Shown here: one piece after another, positions 36,391 through 46,178 of the stretch | Position numbering within the stretch: position 1 is the stretch's first letter | Layout of the letters: every line of letters begins with the position of its first letter | Source: an uncultured Bryobacteraceae bacterium | Lineage (GTDB): Bacteria; Acidobacteriota; Terriglobia; Bryobacterales; Bryobacteraceae | Direction of reading: 5' to 3' | Length of the DNA stretch: 60,479 nt | Assembly (NCBI GenBank): GCA_955652915.1 | Contig: CATPCJ010000247.1 | Location: forward strand, 1-60,479 | Notes under the pieces: generated by a model | The model's database searches: none | What the model was told of the DNA's origin: nothing | What the model saw: the letters and a program-made list of their open reading frames with translations, nothing else | Program-made: the position numbers and the translations under genes

Positions 36391-37751
36391 TATTTGATGA
36401 TGTTAATCAGCGTTTCCGTCAGAGTATTCAGAACGCCGATCATCTTCGAGGTGGCCTCGAAAGAACGCTGAAAAGCGACCAGATGTTCGGCTTCTTCATT
36501 CAGCGAAACCCCCGAAACCTGGGATCGCAGTTGCTGCGTCTGACTCAGTAGTAGTTGCGCGGTGGACCGATTGTTCCTGGCCAAGGATAGATCGCCGCCT
36601 ACGCGTCCCCCCAAGTTTCCGTAGAATTGCGCAAAGGTGTAGCCGTTTATGCTTTTCGCATCCGCCAGAGCGGCCAAGTTTAGCGCGTTTCCGTTTCCTC
36701 CGGCGGCGCCGGGTGAAGCAGCCGCGATTTGGTCCGGCGTGAGCGGATTTGCCGCCAGGGACACAGCCGCCCCCACAACCGGGTCGTAAGTGAACAGATT
36801 TGTGGTGGGCGCCGCTCCATTTTGGTCGATGCCTTGCGCGAGCGTGGTGTTCACTTTATCGGCCACGCCCTGAGCCAGAGTATTGAGGTCGGTGATGTAC
36901 GAAGGAATGACAGTATTCCTGTCTTCCAGCAAAGCTCCCAATTCCCCTCCCGTCAATTGACCGCTGATGTCGTTGCCGGTGCTGCTCAAGATCTTGGTTC
37001 GCGACGTAGAGAAATCGCCCTGGATAGCATAGGACCGATCGTTTGTCACCAGCGCCGTCTGTCCGCCAATGTACACGGCAACAGAGCCGTCCGGCTGCTG
37101 CAAAGTGGTGAAGTTCACCAGTTGCGATAGTTCCTCGAGGGACGAATTCAATTGCGCATCCACGCCGGCGTCGCTGCTCCCCGCCCTTCCCGACTGGTTG
37201 TGAACGTTGATTTGGGCGATTACCGTGGCCAGATGATTGATCGCGTCAATAGCGCCGCGCGACTCGCGATCCAGGCTCGATTCTTGCGAGAGCAAACCGG
37301 ACGCCGCGCCTCGAAAATTCTCCCCTACTATGCCTGCCTGCTGCACCACTGCTTGGCGTGACACGGTGTCGTTCGGATTGATACTGAGTCTCGAAAAACT
37401 CTGAAACAAGGTGCTAAGGGACGGCGCGATCCCCGAAGTTCCCGATAGGCTGAAGGATGTTTCCAGCGGCGTGAGATTCGTGGTCTTTTGATTGGAAAAG
37501 CCAAATCCAGTTTGCTGATCCCGAACGGCGCGTTCGGCATACCCATCGCGTGAACTCACCACCGGACCCGCCCGTACTCCACCCGGTAGCCCGACAGTGA
37601 GGTCAAATGGCAGGGCATCAAAAGACTGGACCTGTTTAACGAATCCCGGCGTGGACGCGTTCGTGACGTTATTCTGTGTCACCGCCAGCGCCTGTTCATA
37701 GGCCCGCAGTCCATTGGCGGAGTTGAGCAACGAAGTGAATAGACTACCCAT
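36390..37751 (-). CDS. flgK: flagellar hook-associated protein 1 FlgK
   Basis: Start at MGSLFTSLLNSANGLRAYEQALAVTQNNVTNASTPGF. C-terminus VSLNEEAEHLVAFQRSFEA. The ORF extends to 37931 but the conserved N-terminus begins at 37751. Confidence 0.85.
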   Translation of the reverse strand: MGSLFTSLLNSANGLRAYEQALAVTQNNVTNASTPGFVKQVQSFDALPFDLTVGLPGGVRAGPVVSSRDGYAERAVRDQQTGFGFSNQKTTNLTPLETSFSLSGTSGIAPSLSTLFQSFSRLSINPNDTVSRQAVVQQAGIVGENFRGAASGLLSQESSLDRESRGAIDAINHLATVIAQINVHNQSGRAGSSDAGVDAQLNSSLEELSQLVNFTTLQQPDGSVAVYIGGQTALVTNDRSYAIQGDFSTSRTKILSSTGNDISGQLTGGELGALLEDRNTVIPSYITDLNTLAQGVADKVNTTLAQGIDQNGAAPTTNLFTYDPVVGAAVSLAANPLTPDQIAAASPGAAGGNGNALNLAALADAKSINGYTFAQFYGNLGGRVGGDLSLARNNRSTAQLLLSQTQQLRSQVSGVSLNEEAEHLVAFQRSFEATSKMIGVLNTLTETLINIIK

Positions 37752-38130
37752 GCACCACCAACCCCGTGGAGTCTGCCGGAATGGGCCGGCCAGACTTGCC
37801 ACGCGCGCTGTAGCTAGCGGTGTCATCCACCACCCTGGATGCCAAACGCGCCCAGCCTTGGTGGAAGTTGCCCGCGCTTTCGAACAACATCGTGACGTTC
37901 TGCAATTCTTGGCGCATGGCTGAGATTTCAAATTCGAGAGCGCGTTCTGAACCGGCGCCGCGCCAACCGCGCGAGGTCAGATCCAATTCGAGCCGCTGTA
38001 AAGAATCCACCGCTGTCATTAAATCCGATGCGCTGCTGTCTAAATTCCTCACAGTTGGACGAAGCAACTTTATCCGAACTTTTTCCAAACTCCGCCGCGC
38101 TTGCATTGCTCTTTCCAATTGAACGTTCAC
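37744..38130 (-). CDS. possible FlgN-like flagellar chaperone
   Basis: 128-aa helical ORF between flgM and flgK. Its stop overlaps the flgK start by 8 nt. Assignment rests on position only. Confidence 0.4.
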   Translation of the reverse strand: MNVQLERAMQARRSLEKVRIKLLRPTVRNLDSSASDLMTAVDSLQRLELDLTSRGWRGAGSERALEFEISAMRQELQNVTMLFESAGNFHQGWARLASRVVDDTASYSARGKSGRPIPADSTGLVVHG

Positions 38131-38142
38131 TGTAAGTCCCGG

Positions 38143-38439
38143 CTACAGCGCATGCTTCGCGCCAAATCGAAGGTGATCTGCTATCACTCGACCGCTTACG
38201 TCGTGGGCGTCCACCCGGTAAGCGCCACTCCCCACCGCAGCCGCCAGATGGGACAGTTTTTGGAGTTGGGCTGGGGAGTTACCTTGAGCCGCGGCGAGAT
38301 GTGCGCCAAGATTAGAGAGCTGAACTTCATCGGCCGCAACCGATTGACCCGCAGGACCGCGGCGAGGCCCACTTTGGTTTGGTGTGATCTCCGGGGATTT
38401 GCTCAGTCCCGATATGTTGTTAGAATCGCTGATCTGCAT
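38143..38439 (-). CDS. flgM: anti-sigma-28 factor FlgM
   Basis: 98 aa with a disordered N-terminus. The C-terminus GSGAYRVDAHDVSGRVIADHL is typical of FlgM. Confidence 0.7.
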   Translation of the reverse strand: MQISDSNNISGLSKSPEITPNQSGPRRGPAGQSVAADEVQLSNLGAHLAAAQGNSPAQLQKLSHLAAAVGSGAYRVDAHDVSGRVIADHLRFGAKHAL

Positions 38440-38483
38440 GGTTCCCCTTCATCAATGAGTCTGGCGCTCCGCTCCTATAGACT

Positions 38484-38491
38484 GTATCGGC
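38484..38491 (-). promoter_or_regulatory. possible sigma-28 (FliA) -10 box upstream of flgM
   Basis: The minus strand reads GCCGATAC (consensus GCCGATAA) 45 nt upstream of the flgM ATG. The -35 is poor (TGGA versus TAAA). Confidence 0.25.
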
Positions 38492-38571
38492 GCGAGTACG
38501 CCTGATTCCATGGAATAAGTAAGAACGGGTTAGGGAGTATCTCTACGTTGTGGGAGGGGGATAAGGGGCGC

Positions 38572-38934
38572 TTAACGCTGCGCTTGCGCCGGGATTCCGA
38601 GCCAGCGATCCAGCAGGCTACGGCTGCCATCCTCGCGCTGTGGCCCTTTCGGGCTCGTGGTCACATTCATCTTAAGGTCATAATGCGCCAGCAGTTCGCC
38701 TGCATCGTACCCGATGGCCGCGGCGTACTGGCGAAGATAGCTGGTATTGAAGATGCCACCGGGAAGCTGGTCGAAGTCCTCCGCCTCAATGGCTCGGAGA
38801 AACCTTAAGCTAATCTTTGTGCCGGCGGCGATCTCTTCCAACGAGATGCCGGCCGTGTCCCGTAATCGTGACAAGCCGAGAGGGCGGACACATGCACTGC
38901 AAGGCGGTGCGGGGGCACCGGTTTTTGGTGGCAT
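38572..38934 (-). CDS. HTH (XRE/RodZ-like) domain protein
   Basis: ISLEEIAAGTKISLRFLRAIEAEDFDQLPGGIFNTSYLRQYA matches the RodZ-type HTH. ATG 38934 has AGGA upstream. The ORF extends to 38982. Confidence 0.6.
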   Translation of the reverse strand: MPPKTGAPAPPCSACVRPLGLSRLRDTAGISLEEIAAGTKISLRFLRAIEAEDFDQLPGGIFNTSYLRQYAAAIGYDAGELLAHYDLKMNVTTSPKGPQREDGSRSLLDRWLGIPAQAQR

Positions 38935-39190
38935 ATTGATCCTAGAATAGTACTTACTGCGTAAGGGTCTATGATAACCCATCTGTCAAGTGCAAGACAT
39001 TATGAAAATATCTTAAAGCTCTGCCAGGGACCACGTACGACCTCAGAAGTAGAGCTACTACAACCGACAGGCACTCTTTGACTGGTTCAACAACCTCAAA
39101 ACAACCGTTTTTTTCGGCTTCGTTCGTACTTTCCTAGAACGAAATCGGTCGTCCATCCCGTATCATAATAAAAGAACCCAGCAGGGAGGA

Positions 39191-40528
39191 TTGTTAATGC
39201 GCTTACTTGGACTATCTCTTGGAACCGTGGCTTTGATTTCCGCAGCCACCGCCCCGCCACCAGTCACCTTTTACAAGGATGTGTTACCGGTCTTACAGAA
39301 AAACTGCCAGACCTGTCACCGTCCGGGCGAAGCCGCCCCTATGTCCTTTTTGAACTACGAAACAGCCCGTCCATGGGCGAAGGGCATCAAGACGGCGGTT
39401 GTCACTAAGAAAATGCCGCCGTGGTACGCCGATCCGCATTACGGCAAGTTCTCCAATGACCGATCCCTCTCACAGGCGGAAATTGACACGCTGGTATCCT
39501 GGGCGGACACCGGGGCACCGGCGGGCAATCCCAAAGACGCTCCCAAGCCGGCCGAATGGTTAGAAGGCTGGCGCATCAGTAAGCCGGACGCGGTTCTCTC
39601 CATGTCGGTGCCATTCAATGTGCCGGCGTCGGGCACAATCGATTATCAGTACATTGTGATCCCGACTGGCTTTACCGAAGACAAGTATGTCCAGCTTGCC
39701 GAGGCTCGGCCGGGCAATCCCGCGTTGGTTCACCACATCATCGCGTTCATCCGCGAGCCGGGCAGCCCCTGGCTAAAGGATGCCAAACCCGGTATACCTG
39801 TGGTTCCGCGCGAGCGGCAGCGTCAGGCCGAAGCGTCCGGCAATCAGAACAAGAACCAGGACGGCGGCGGATTTGGCGGCGACTTCTTAGCCGGTTACGC
39901 TCCTGGCACATTGCCCAACACGCTGAAGCCCGGTCAGGCCAAGCTGGTGAAAGCCGGCTCCGACATCGTGCTGCAGATGCACTACACGGCCAACGGGACT
40001 GCGGGCTCGGATGTTTCGAAGATCGGTGTTGTTTTCGCGACCGTGAAGCCGACCGAACGCATTCTGACCCTGGCCGCCGTAAATGGCAACTTCGCCATTC
40101 CGCCGGGTGATCCGAACTATCGCGTGGATTCGAAGATCACCCTCCAAGACGATGCCACTCTGATCAATCTGTTGCCTCACATGCATTTCCGAGGCAAGGA
40201 TTTCGAATATCGCGTCACGTATCCGAGCGGCGAGAAGGAAACGCTCCTGGCCGTGCCCCACTACGATTTCAATTGGCAGCTTACCTACGATCTGGCGCAG
40301 CCCAAGTTATTGCCCAGGGGAACGGTGATTGAATGTACCGCCCACTTCGATAATTCGGCGAACAACAAATACAATCCCGATCCCACCAAGGAAGTTCACT
40401 TCGGTGAGCAAACCTGGGAGGAGATGATGTTCGGGTTCTTCGATGTGGCGGTTCCCATGAATAAGACGGTAATGGATCTGATGCGGCCGAAGAAGCCTGC
40501 GGCGGCACAAGCTGGTTCGGGGTTCTAA
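39191..40528 (+). CDS. secreted heme-c (CxxCH) domain fused to a PHM/DBH-like type-2 copper monooxygenase fold, paralogue 1
   Basis: Signal peptide and CQTCHRPGEAAPMSF. HH (ALVHHIIAF), H (LQMHY), HxH (LPHMHFRGK) and Met (EEMMFGF) occur in the order of the CuH/CuM ligands. Confidence 0.65.
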   Translation: MLMRLLGLSLGTVALISAATAPPPVTFYKDVLPVLQKNCQTCHRPGEAAPMSFLNYETARPWAKGIKTAVVTKKMPPWYADPHYGKFSNDRSLSQAEIDTLVSWADTGAPAGNPKDAPKPAEWLEGWRISKPDAVLSMSVPFNVPASGTIDYQYIVIPTGFTEDKYVQLAEARPGNPALVHHIIAFIREPGSPWLKDAKPGIPVVPRERQRQAEASGNQNKNQDGGGFGGDFLAGYAPGTLPNTLKPGQAKLVKAGSDIVLQMHYTANGTAGSDVSKIGVVFATVKPTERILTLAAVNGNFAIPPGDPNYRVDSKITLQDDATLINLLPHMHFRGKDFEYRVTYPSGEKETLLAVPHYDFNWQLTYDLAQPKLLPRGTVIECTAHFDNSANNKYNPDPTKEVHFGEQTWEEMMFGFFDVAVPMNKTVMDLMRPKKPAAAQAGSGF

Positions 40529-40531
40529 ATC

Positions 40532-41845
40532 ATGAAGTACACCAAATTCTTAACATTCGGTTTGTTGGCCGCGGCCGCGGCTTGGGCGGCGAACGCGCGG
40601 CAACAAGTTACGTTCCACAAGGACGTCGCTCCCATCCTGCAGAGCCATTGTCAGGAATGCCATCGGCCCGGCGAGATCGCGCCGTTCTCATTGCTTTCCT
40701 ATACGGACGCGCGTCCGTGGGCCAAGGCGATCAAGTCGGACGTCGTCACCAAGAAGATGCCGCCGTGGTTTGCCGATCCGCGGTACGGCCACTTCGCGGA
40801 CGATCGCTCGCTCAGTAAACAGGAAATCGACACGCTGGTGGCGTGGGTAGATGGCGGCGCCAAGGAAGGCGATCTGAAAGATGCGCCCAAGCCCCGCCAG
40901 TACGTGGATGGATGGAACATTCCGAAGCCCGATCTGGTGCTGGACATGAACACCTTCCATATCCCGGCCAAGGGCGATATCCAGTATATGTATGTCGTGC
41001 TTCCAACGAAGTTCACGCAGGATCAATGGATCCAGGCGGCGGAAGCGCGGCCCAGCGATCGCACCGTGGTGCATCACGTGGTGATCTTTGTTCGCGATCC
41101 GGAATCCAAATGGCTTCGTGAAGCCGAGCCAGGTGTTCCCTATGTTCCGCCAGGCCATGGAAAGGATTTCAACAACACCTCCGGCGGCGGAAATGACATC
41201 CTCATGATCTATACGCCAGGCAAGGTGCCGGAAATGTGGCGGCCCGGCCTGGGCAAGATGATCAAGGCCGGTTCGGATCTGGTGCTGCAGATCCACTACA
41301 CGGCGAGCGGCAAGGAAACCGACGACCATACGAAAGTCGGACTTGTTTTCGCCAAGGAAAAGCCGACCGAGCGCGCGCTCACGATCGGTGGAAACAATCT
41401 CAGCTTTAAGATTCCGCCGGGCGATCCGAACTATCGCGTGGACGCCAAGAACGTGTTCCCGAACGGCGTGACGATTCTGAACTTCTTCCCGCATATGCAC
41501 GTGCGCGGGAAGGCGTTCGAATATCGCGCGGTTTATCCGGACGGAAAGAGCGAGGTTCTGCTGCGAGTGCCGAAGTACGACTTCTTCTGGCAACTCGATT
41601 ACACGCTAACCCAGCCATTGATTCTTCCTCCTGGATCGCGCATCGAAGTCACGGGGTGGTTTGACAACTCACCCAACAATCCGGCCAATCCCGATCCGAC
41701 GGCTACAGTTCGTTTCGGCGAACAGAGCTGGGAAGAGATGATGATCGGGTTCTATGATGTGGTGATGCCGGCGGACATGAGCATGAAAGAGTTCTTCACT
41801 CCGAAGAAGCCGGTCACCGCGCCAACCACGACCAGCGGCCAGTAG
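40532..41845 (+). CDS. secreted heme-c / PHM-like copper monooxygenase-like protein, paralogue 2
   Basis: Collinear with 39191..40528: CQECHRPGEIAPFSL, VVHHVVIF, LQIHY, FPHMHVRGK, EEMMIGF. Starts 3 nt after paralogue 1. Confidence 0.65.
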   Translation: MKYTKFLTFGLLAAAAAWAANARQQVTFHKDVAPILQSHCQECHRPGEIAPFSLLSYTDARPWAKAIKSDVVTKKMPPWFADPRYGHFADDRSLSKQEIDTLVAWVDGGAKEGDLKDAPKPRQYVDGWNIPKPDLVLDMNTFHIPAKGDIQYMYVVLPTKFTQDQWIQAAEARPSDRTVVHHVVIFVRDPESKWLREAEPGVPYVPPGHGKDFNNTSGGGNDILMIYTPGKVPEMWRPGLGKMIKAGSDLVLQIHYTASGKETDDHTKVGLVFAKEKPTERALTIGGNNLSFKIPPGDPNYRVDAKNVFPNGVTILNFFPHMHVRGKAFEYRAVYPDGKSEVLLRVPKYDFFWQLDYTLTQPLILPPGSRIEVTGWFDNSPNNPANPDPTATVRFGEQSWEEMMIGFYDVVMPADMSMKEFFTPKKPVTAPTTTSGQ

Positions 41846-41871
41846 GACAAGCCTCCGGCCGGTCAGCTCCA

Positions 41872-42537
41872 ATGAAGTTTGGGTTATTCCTATTTATCGT
41901 GGGCGTCGGCATTTCGCTGAGCGCCCACGATGTTTTTTCAACCAAGATTACCTGGTCGCGCGAGATCTCGCGCATAATCGACAAGCGCTGCGCATCCTGC
42001 CACCGCGAGGGCGGCTCATCCTTCGCCCTGACCACCTTCGAACAGGCTCGCCCTTGGGCTAAGGCAATCAAGGAAGAGGTGCTGGAACGCCGCATGCCCC
42101 CGTTTGGAGCGATCAAAGGCTTCGGGGACCTGGCCGACGACGAGGCCCTGACCCAGGAAGAGATTCATCTGATCGCGGATTGGGTGGAAGGCGGATCGCC
42201 GGAAGGCGATCCAGCATTGTTAGACAAAAATCCAGAATATGGTCCGCACTCGAAACGTAATCCGAAAACGGGAGCCGAAGTAGTGGTCCACGGCACTCTC
42301 ACGCTGAAGCATCCCCTGACCATCGCCGCTCTCCGTCCGAAGAATCTGAAACAAGGCAGTTCCGTAAAGGTCGTCGCCGATAGCCCGGCAAGCGCCATTG
42401 AGCCACTCCTTTGGGTCTATAACTATAGGCCCGAATTCGACCGCACTTACTACTTGCGAACGCCGCTCACACTGCCCGCCGGCGCCAGGATCGAGACGTT
42501 CCCGCCTGATTCGGACATTGCACTTTTCAGCAAATAG
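41872..42537 (+). CDS. secreted heme-c domain protein (short paralogue without the PHM-like ligand set)
   Basis: CASCHREGGSSFALTTFEQARPWAKAIKEEVLERRMPP is homologous to the N-domains of the two upstream genes. The ~110-aa C-terminal part is unrelated. Confidence 0.6.
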   Translation: MKFGLFLFIVGVGISLSAHDVFSTKITWSREISRIIDKRCASCHREGGSSFALTTFEQARPWAKAIKEEVLERRMPPFGAIKGFGDLADDEALTQEEIHLIADWVEGGSPEGDPALLDKNPEYGPHSKRNPKTGAEVVVHGTLTLKHPLTIAALRPKNLKQGSSVKVVADSPASAIEPLLWVYNYRPEFDRTYYLRTPLTLPAGARIETFPPDSDIALFSK

Positions 42538-43470
42538 CCGGACTTGCCCCTGTCGTCCGCATCCGGCGACTTTCCCGACCCGACGGTCTTCAGGCGCGTC
42601 TCGTCGAATTTGAAATTCTGCGTAGTGTAATCGCGAACCACCATGCTGCGCGCTTCAGTGAGCAGCATGCCGGTGGAGGCGGCCACTACGGCCAAACCGA
42701 ACTTGTTCGTTTCCAGAAATCGTCCGGCCTCGTCCAAGGCTTTCCGATTTTTCAGTTTCGCCGTATCCGGTTTGTCGAAAATCTTTACCGGGTCATACTC
42801 AAACTTCTTCAGCGATGGCTCCACCGGCAATTGAGCGATTTCGTGAGCGCGCATTTCGATCGAGTCTTATATCCACGCCTCTTGAAAAAGCCACGCAGGA
42901 AAAAGTTATGCTTCAATGCCTCCATGTTTTCCTGGAAAGCGGTAGCGCCCGCGGCCGCTTCGCGATAGATCGTCTTGTCGTTGACTAGCGCTCCCACATT
43001 ACCCTGCCTTCGTTCACTTGGGCGCTTGCCGATTTCAAATAGTCCGCCGCTCCCTCGATGTTCTCCACGGCTCCTTTGGTGCTGTCCAGGATGGTGCTGG
43101 TCTTTGCGATCGGATCTGAAATGTCGCGCGGAAGGGCACTAGCGATGGTATCCCCATTTCTTAATTTGGGCGCATCCGGCGATCCGAACGAGATCTCCAC
43201 CTACTTGTCGCCCAACAAGCCTTCCGGCTTGATGGACGCCACAGAATCGTTCTTGAGAACCTCGCTCGTCGCCCGGTACATGTCCATTACCACCGTGACT
43301 TTTTCATCGGCCGTTTCGGTAATTCAATGCGCTTGACCGTTCCTTCGTGGATTCCGCCGACGCGCATATCGGCGCCTTCCCGATTACCGATCAGGAATAC
43401 CCCGATAGCGAGGATGATCAGGCCGCACACAATAAAGAGACCTAAACGGTAGCCTAGCGCTGTATTCGCT
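42450..43470 (-). pseudogene. decayed MlaD/MCE-family gene
   Basis: N-terminal TM ALGYRLGLFIVCGLIILAIGVFLIGNR without a start codon. Frameshift near 43312 (IELP/ETADEK). In-frame TAG at 43211-43213 inside the conserved EGLLGDK*VEISFG. Further frame changes near 42990 and 42850. Confidence 0.7.
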
Positions 43471-44211
43471 TGTACCCTGGATGACTTCCGGCTGCTTCAG
43501 GCAGCGTCTCTTTTTCCGGTTCTGCGCGACTCGTCAGCGTGGTTATATCTTTAATGATTAATGATTCGCCACCATGGGTAGGTCTTTTCAGGCCATCCCG
43601 CCAACTGGTGCGTCAGAATAGTCAAGTAATCACTATGCTATGGGGAGCATCTCTCGACGTACACCGGCATACACTCATCACTTTCTTGCAACTTCGTCAC
43701 GGCTTGGGCTTTTTATCACGATTTGTCGTTCTGATAAGAGTGTCGTTGAGCCGCCTCCTTTGGTTTGTTTTCGTGTTCCGTGGCCGGAAAATACGAAAGT
43801 AGTTGGCATCATCGACGCCGGCTGTCTGACTCCTGTCGGACGAAAGCGTTACGGCCGTCAAAGCTCTTTGAATAGTTGGATGGGCGGTGATATTTCATTT
43901 GAGTTTTTACTTGACTTCGCTACCGTCTTCACTTAGTCTTAAAATTAATTCGCAGCAATAGGCGAAGAGCACCGTTTGGATTCCTTCTTCCCCGCGTCCT
44001 GGGTCAGTCCTGTGGATGCGCCTCCCGCCGTGATGCGCGTTTGAAAGGTGTTGTTCATCATTTAAATAAAGGAAGGTGGCCCATGCTCAACGGTGGACTC
44101 GAAGTTTAACGTTCCGGTGCGCAGAAGGGTCTGGCTCTATGATTCCGGAGCTTTGCGCGCCTTCTCCAGGCCTGCCGAGTCCATGGATATTATCCTATCG
44201 GGGCGACACTC

Positions 44212-45156
44212 ATGGAACTATCAGACACGTGTACCATCTATGACTGGAATGGATCGCCGGAATTTCTGTTGTTTCGCACTCTTCCGGGGAGCAGGGTATT
44301 GACCGCAAGCATCGCTCAGCCCTGGCGTGACGTGGCACTCCAGATGAACCCGCAGTGCAAATTCTTCTTCTTTCACCTGAACGCGACGCTCACCTCCGGA
44401 TTCGTGGAAGGACGGGATGAGCTGACCGGCGAGCTGTCGCACCGCGGAATCCGCTGTTTCAACGCCGCCGCCACCAGCGTCTCCAAGCGGCTTCTACACG
44501 CAACTTGTCTGCGTTTGGGCCTGCCGGCTTCGCTTACCTCGCAGGAAGGCGACCCGGACGAGTTGGTCATTGTAAAAACGAACATGAACGCCGGCGGCGA
44601 GATCGAGTACCGGATGTTAGCGAAAGAGCGTGCCGCGTTGGGCATTGAAGAGCCCAGCCAAACACTGATGAGCCTTCGCGAAACGTTGCTGGCGCGTCGC
44701 GTCAGCGTCCAGAACATGTATCCCGTCCTGCCGCGCAAATCCGTTCCGGTGGAATGGTGGAACGATTCACAACTGGTGGTGGAGCGGTTCATCGAGAATC
44801 GCGAGCAACGCTTCTGCCGCATTCACTTCTTTCTGGATCAGATCAGCGTCGCGAACGCAATCTGCCGGACCACAGTCAAGAAGTTGCCCTATTGCGACGC
44901 CTGCACTCACTACCATTTCCACGGGAACTCTCCGGTCTCGGGCAGCATGCCTGAAGACCTCCCGGCTGGGCTCGTGCCGGCGGCGCGCGCGGTGTGGGAA
45001 GCGATGCAGTTGGAGTTCGGCGCGGTGGACGCCGTCTTCGATGACGATTCGCGATTCTTTTTTGTAGATATGAATCACACGCCATACGGTGGCAAATCGG
45101 AAGCGCACCCGGTATATTCCCACCTGCGGCATGCGCTTGTCGGCGCCGCGAACTGA
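44212..45156 (+). CDS. ATP-grasp-like protein (RimK-like fold); 5' end uncertain or possibly frameshifted
   Basis: ELVIVKTNMNAGGE and FGAVDAVFDDDSRFFFVDMNHTPYG resemble ATP-grasp motifs. A strong RBS plus ATG sits 129 nt upstream in the same frame but is separated by two stops. Confidence 0.45.
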   Translation: MELSDTCTIYDWNGSPEFLLFRTLPGSRVLTASIAQPWRDVALQMNPQCKFFFFHLNATLTSGFVEGRDELTGELSHRGIRCFNAAATSVSKRLLHATCLRLGLPASLTSQEGDPDELVIVKTNMNAGGEIEYRMLAKERAALGIEEPSQTLMSLRETLLARRVSVQNMYPVLPRKSVPVEWWNDSQLVVERFIENREQRFCRIHFFLDQISVANAICRTTVKKLPYCDACTHYHFHGNSPVSGSMPEDLPAGLVPAARAVWEAMQLEFGAVDAVFDDDSRFFFVDMNHTPYGGKSEAHPVYSHLRHALVGAAN

Positions 45157-45226
45157 CCAGACCAACCCCACTCGACCTCAACGACAGTAGAGCACTGTTG
45201 CCACCGTTACAAGGCAGGAGATTCAG

Positions 45227-46129
45227 CTATTTGAGTTCAGATACGGGGACCGTGAACGACGCCGTGTTTACGACGCCTTTGCGCTGGAACTGGACCCAGA
45301 TCTTGTAGGTACGCGCTCGCGGGAAGATGATGTTGAACTGCATCCGCGGCCCGCCATCGGCTATGAAGGGATGATCGTGGATCAGATCGATCAGGTCGTC
45401 GCTAGCCACCAGCATGTGTCCCCAAGCGCTCAGATATTGCTCGATGCCATCCGCCGGCTTGATGCGGAAGAAGAGCAGGGTTTTCGTGCCGGCGATCGGC
45501 TCCGGCGGATCCATCGCCAGTTCCACATCCATGTTCTCACAATGGCTGACGCCGAGCGCGGGCTTTAGATGCGGTTCAGCGACGCTGAGATCGCTACCTG
45601 CGGCGCCCGGTACGATTACCGTACGCGCGATCAATTGCGGGGTTCCGCCGGCGGGATAAAAGTCAGCGCCTACGCGATACATTCCCGGCTTGGGAAAAAC
45701 GGCGTCGAATACGAATGTGCCATCCGCTTGTGGTACGGGGTGATCGTGCAGGAAATACCCAAGGTCCTGGCTGACCACAAACATGTGGAAGAACTTATCG
45801 TGAACGATCTCGAAATGATCGACGGTTTTCCCGGTCTTGGGATCCCGCACGCGGAAGGTGAGTTGAACTTTGCCGCCGGCCTGGAACCTGCGGGGCGAAA
45901 TGGTGAGGTCCACGGGAAACTCGCTATCGCCGGGAACACCCAGCACCAGTTTCATGTGGCAGCGCGGGCAGTATCCCGGCTTGTCGGCGCGCACATCCTT
46001 GTCCATCGGACATACGTAATCGAGCGGGCCTTGCGCGAGCGGCGCAACGGCTTGCTTGTCGTCTGGAGCCGTCGTTTGCGCCACGGCGCACAGGCTCATG
46101 GAAAGCAGGAGCGACAGGAAGATCCGCAC
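45227..46129 (-). CDS. secreted heavy-metal-binding-domain protein
   Basis: Signal peptide. YVCPMDKDVRADKPGYCPRCHMKLV (HMBD/YHS-like CPM...CPxC motif) followed by two beta-sandwich repeats. Confidence 0.6.
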   Translation of the reverse strand: MRIFLSLLLSMSLCAVAQTTAPDDKQAVAPLAQGPLDYVCPMDKDVRADKPGYCPRCHMKLVLGVPGDSEFPVDLTISPRRFQAGGKVQLTFRVRDPKTGKTVDHFEIVHDKFFHMFVVSQDLGYFLHDHPVPQADGTFVFDAVFPKPGMYRVGADFYPAGGTPQLIARTVIVPGAAGSDLSVAEPHLKPALGVSHCENMDVELAMDPPEPIAGTKTLLFFRIKPADGIEQYLSAWGHMLVASDDLIDLIHDHPFIADGGPRMQFNIIFPRARTYKIWVQFQRKGVVNTASFTVPVSELK

Positions 46130-46178
46130 GCTTCTATTATCTCAACAATTACCGCTCACCGATCACTAAAATGGAGCG

